DNA of 64,000 nucleotides from Promethearchaeota archaeon (GTDB lineage Archaea; Asgardarchaeota; Lokiarchaeia; Sigyniarchaeales; SOKP01): NCBI GenBank assembly GCA_016839555.1, contig JAEOUA010000011.1, positions 247,905 to 311,904 of the forward strand, read 5' to 3'. Shown piece by piece: positions 60,937 to 64,000 of this stretch (position 1 is its first letter; each line of letters starts with the position of its first letter). The notes under the pieces were generated by a model. It saw only the letters and a program-made list of their open reading frames with translations, ran no database searches and was not told where the DNA came from. The position numbers and the translations under genes were made by a program.

Positions 60937-63846
60937 TTAACCTAATAGTTTATTTAATTTTTTCCAATCAAACCACTCCTCTAAGTTTAATTGCCTCGTT
61001 AAGGGAGTTACCCCTCTTTGGATTTGCTTAATAAAATCAAAATACTGTTCATAAAGCTTCTTAAATTCTTCCAAGTGCTTACTATACTTACTTGCTTTCT
61101 CCATCTTAATAAACAATGATTCTATCCAGTTTTTCCCGTCAGGACCTTTTTGAAGCATGCTCTGAATTTCAAAGTCTTCGGCAAACTCTTCCAACGTCAC
61201 AATATGCACATAATCCCCGTAATTCTTATAATCTTTATGTCCATTATCCTTCATGAATTTTTGAGCTTTGATTGCAGCAGCCTTTCTAAGATCAAAAAGT
61301 TTCCTTTGGAAGTTCATAGTTTCGGTATCTTGTCCGTATATAACGATAACCACATGCCTATTTTCACCCAAATATTTAGGTATTTTCTCTAAGATAAGAT
61401 CTTTTTGGGTAGAACTGATATAATCGACTACAAAATATTCAATGTTATCGCCCCCATATTGACCGTACAAGATAGGATATATTATAGGACTGCTGCTGGT
61501 TCTGAAATGTGTCTTAAATGCGTCATCAACCACAAACACAGTATCAGCCCTAAATCTACGTGCTAGATCCCTGTCTATACGATAACTGATTCGTTCTTCG
61601 TGCCAGGTAATTATATCCGTAGATGAAAAATACTCATATACCATATATTCGATTATTGGATGGGCATATATTCCAAGGAGACGATTTAATTTGCGACCTG
61701 TATAAACAATATAATCCTCACGATTATCGCGATATACTTCTATTGTATCAATGATACGTTGAGCTTGTTCCCGAATCTCAAAAGTTTCAGCCCAATTATT
61801 AAATATCAACCGATCGAACATAAAAGTAAATTCAATGAAAGATATAAGGTATTCCCAAGTCTCTTCTAATGGAATAGTAAATTTTTGAGCAAGTGCATTA
61901 ATATTTTGAAGATAATCCTTGCTGATTTTAATACCGATACTGTCTAAGAATTGAAAAAGTTCATGGCTCAGTTCTGTAGTAGAAATTTCTTCGCCAAAAG
62001 TCTTTCTCCATAACTCTAAAATAGCATATGTAACCCTCCTGATGGGGGTGTCTTGGATAAAATAGACAGAATCCCCTTCCGTTTCTTTCACCCAATTGGA
62101 AATTTTATTGAGAATTCTTGATTTATCCTCTTCATTGTGAATAGTATCCTTTACCCAATTTTGAACCTTCCACATGTTAAAATCAGTAAGATAACCCTTT
62201 TTCTCTTGATAAAGATGTTTGCTTAAATCCGTACCTATTTTTTCTGATAATTTACGGTAACTTAAAATAATACCACATTGTTTGAAATAACTAAATTGTA
62301 TATCGTGAATTATATCCCATTCTTCTAATAAGTAGAAAGGAAGCTGGTTTCCCTTTGCACTATCTGTTGTATAAATGTGAGCGGTGTTTCTATATTCTTT
62401 AAGTATTTTCCTTATCTCTCTGGCTGTTTCGTACGATAAAATATTTTCACTGCCTTGTTCTTCAAGTCCAAAAAGAAATTCATAATGCATTAATGTTGTG
62501 CTTATTATTTCTATAGCGCTATATGGTAATAATTTTCTCCTAGGAAATTTATTCAAAATTTCAGAACCATAATGAGGTCTAGAGTTCATAAATTCTTCAG
62601 CAATATTATAAGTAACCCTTCCAATGATAGCTTCCATAGAACTATAATAAGAAAGATATAATTTGTTTTCAATATGGTCTTTATATAACCATAAATACAT
62701 ATCTGTAAGAAGATAGGCTTCTACTTGTTTCGAGAAATGAGTGCCCTCCCTATATCTCTGGAATGTAACACCAGGTAATGGGACACCATATTTTTCTTCA
62801 AACCATTCTCTAAATTGGCGTGTGAATCCTTTTTGACGGAAAATACGTGGAGTAGTCATCACGCTCTTTTCTTTAATATATTCTGATATGGCAGTTCGAA
62901 TATTATACCTGCCCGGCTCTTCGGGAATAAAGGGAATCCCCATTTCTCCTCCATAAGCATCAATATCAGGAACTTTTCCTATAAAAAACTGAGGTCTATT
63001 AATGTCCGTTGGACCTGGTATAGCCCACACTCCAAATGACTCGGCGGGAGAATCTACGCCAGTATATCCTTGTTTATCTTGCTCAACAAATTTGGGAATA
63101 TCCTTTTTCTTTACCTTCGGCAAAATATGTTTATCGAGTTCTGCTACTTTGGACTCATCTTGGTAGAATAAAGGAATACAATATAATTCCTCATTAGAAA
63201 TTTCTTGACTCACTGATGGACTTACACCCGGAGTGCCAGGAGACACTTCAACTAGAGTTCCCTCAGAACCCTCTGCCAGTTCCATAGCCTTGATTAAACC
63301 GATGGAAGAGATTTCGGGAACAAAGCCTTGCTTAGCAAATTCATTTAAGAGGGTGAGCCCCTCATCTACGGAAAATTCGGATATGGAACCTGTAACCTCC
63401 GAGCTAAGATAGCTTAACGCAAAAAGGATCCTGGAGATTTGGCTATCGGTGGCGGAGCCCAGGGCGTACGAGTACTGGGATCTTAGTTTCCAATATTCCT
63501 CTTCGGAGTATGCCATTCGTATCTCGTTGGCGTCTTGCTGGATTTGTAATAATCCCAGTTTGCTGAGTAATTTAATCTTAATATTCGTTACAAAATGATC
63601 TATGCTGGGAATCGTGAGCAAAACATCGCCTATCATACCCGTAAATCCTTCCCTTCCGGACTCTACGAGGATGCTGGCGATCATCTGTGCTGTCTCATCG
63701 CCGCCCAAGTCCGCGACAACGCGGGTGACAATATCATCGAGGATGGGGTCCACAAACAGCTCTTCCGCGCATTCTTTTACTACTGAGTACGCACCGAGAG
63801 CTGCAGTCACTGCGCCTTGCACTAAAAGTTCGCTAATGCTCAGCAC
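60937..63846 (-). CDS. 5'-truncated large protein: hydrophobic N-region, conserved central block, HTH-like repeats, PD-(D/E)XK-like nuclease
   Basis: G..AH..IE ... HEERI ... RAD ... VVDY ... EKIPKY; homologous block shared with 35013-38285. Confidence 0.7.
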   Translation of the reverse strand: MLSISELLVQGAVTAALGAYSVVKECAEELFVDPILDDIVTRVVADLGGDETAQMIASILVESGREGFTGMIGDVLLTIPSIDHFVTNIKIKLLSKLGLLQIQQDANEIRMAYSEEEYWKLRSQYSYALGSATDSQISRILFALSYLSSEVTGSISEFSVDEGLTLLNEFAKQGFVPEISSIGLIKAMELAEGSEGTLVEVSPGTPGVSPSVSQEISNEELYCIPLFYQDESKVAELDKHILPKVKKKDIPKFVEQDKQGYTGVDSPAESFGVWAIPGPTDINRPQFFIGKVPDIDAYGGEMGIPFIPEEPGRYNIRTAISEYIKEKSVMTTPRIFRQKGFTRQFREWFEEKYGVPLPGVTFQRYREGTHFSKQVEAYLLTDMYLWLYKDHIENKLYLSYYSSMEAIIGRVTYNIAEEFMNSRPHYGSEILNKFPRRKLLPYSAIEIISTTLMHYEFLFGLEEQGSENILSYETAREIRKILKEYRNTAHIYTTDSAKGNQLPFYLLEEWDIIHDIQFSYFKQCGIILSYRKLSEKIGTDLSKHLYQEKKGYLTDFNMWKVQNWVKDTIHNEEDKSRILNKISNWVKETEGDSVYFIQDTPIRRVTYAILELWRKTFGEEISTTELSHELFQFLDSIGIKISKDYLQNINALAQKFTIPLEETWEYLISFIEFTFMFDRLIFNNWAETFEIREQAQRIIDTIEVYRDNREDYIVYTGRKLNRLLGIYAHPIIEYMVYEYFSSTDIITWHEERISYRIDRDLARRFRADTVFVVDDAFKTHFRTSSSPIIYPILYGQYGGDNIEYFVVDYISSTQKDLILEKIPKYLGENRHVVIVIYGQDTETMNFQRKLFDLRKAAAIKAQKFMKDNGHKDYKNYGDYVHIVTLEEFAEDFEIQSMLQKGPDGKNWIESLFIKMEKASKYSKHLEEFKKLYEQYFDFIKQIQRGVTPLTRQLNLEEWFDWKKLNKLLG

Positions 63847-63907
63847 CGCAACAGAGGAAACTATACAAAAATTATTTTTAAAAAATCATTTGGAAAGCGA
63901 GAAAAAC

Positions 63908-64000
63908 ATGACAGAAACCAAGCCAAAACCCAAATGGGATGAATTTGCTGAGAAGGGCAAGAGGGATGCAGCTTTAAGAGAAAAATTGGACGTTTTAGTG
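63908..64000 (+). CDS. start of an ORF running off the window (MTETKPKPKWDEFAEKGKRDAALREKLDVLV...)
   Basis: ATG at 63908, open to the window end. Confidence 0.5.
   Translation, partial: MTETKPKPKWDEFAEKGKRDAALREKLDVLV

Noticed and set aside
3420-63786. Many short antisense or overlapping ORFs (e.g. 3420-3698, 12143-12556, 22247-22465, 24467-24934, 35061-35690, 50094-50387)
   Set aside because: They lie within well-supported genes on another frame or strand and have no motifs.

Overview
Very AT-rich archaeal chromosome segment, most consistent with an Asgard archaeon of the Lokiarchaeia type: it has ESCRT-II/ESCRT-III/Vps4 genes, a BHB-intron tRNA, Nip7/Nop2 and a Loki-type LRR protein. The backbone carries nikR, larB/larC, a GH20 enzyme, pgk, two sulfotransferases, hpt, tRNA-Val(GAC), tRNA-Gly(GCC) with a 29-nt intron, glycogen phosphorylase, a GH13 amylase, and a luxE-like gene followed by three tandem B12-dependent radical SAM genes. 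Two things stand out. (1) A 13.35-kb element with no recognisable integrase sits inside the last codons of vps25. It is bounded by a 20-bp direct repeat whose three mismatches are all synonymous, so both copies read K-I-L-L-E-stop, and it splits the ESCRT-II/III/Vps4 cluster. (2) Two GC-richer, apparently 5'-truncated ~1000-aa ORFs (35013-38285 + and 60937-63846 -) share a central homologous block but end in different nuclease domains. This is the architecture of a polymorphic nuclease/toxin system with orphan C-terminal modules. All family assignments come from motif recognition by eye; no searches were run.
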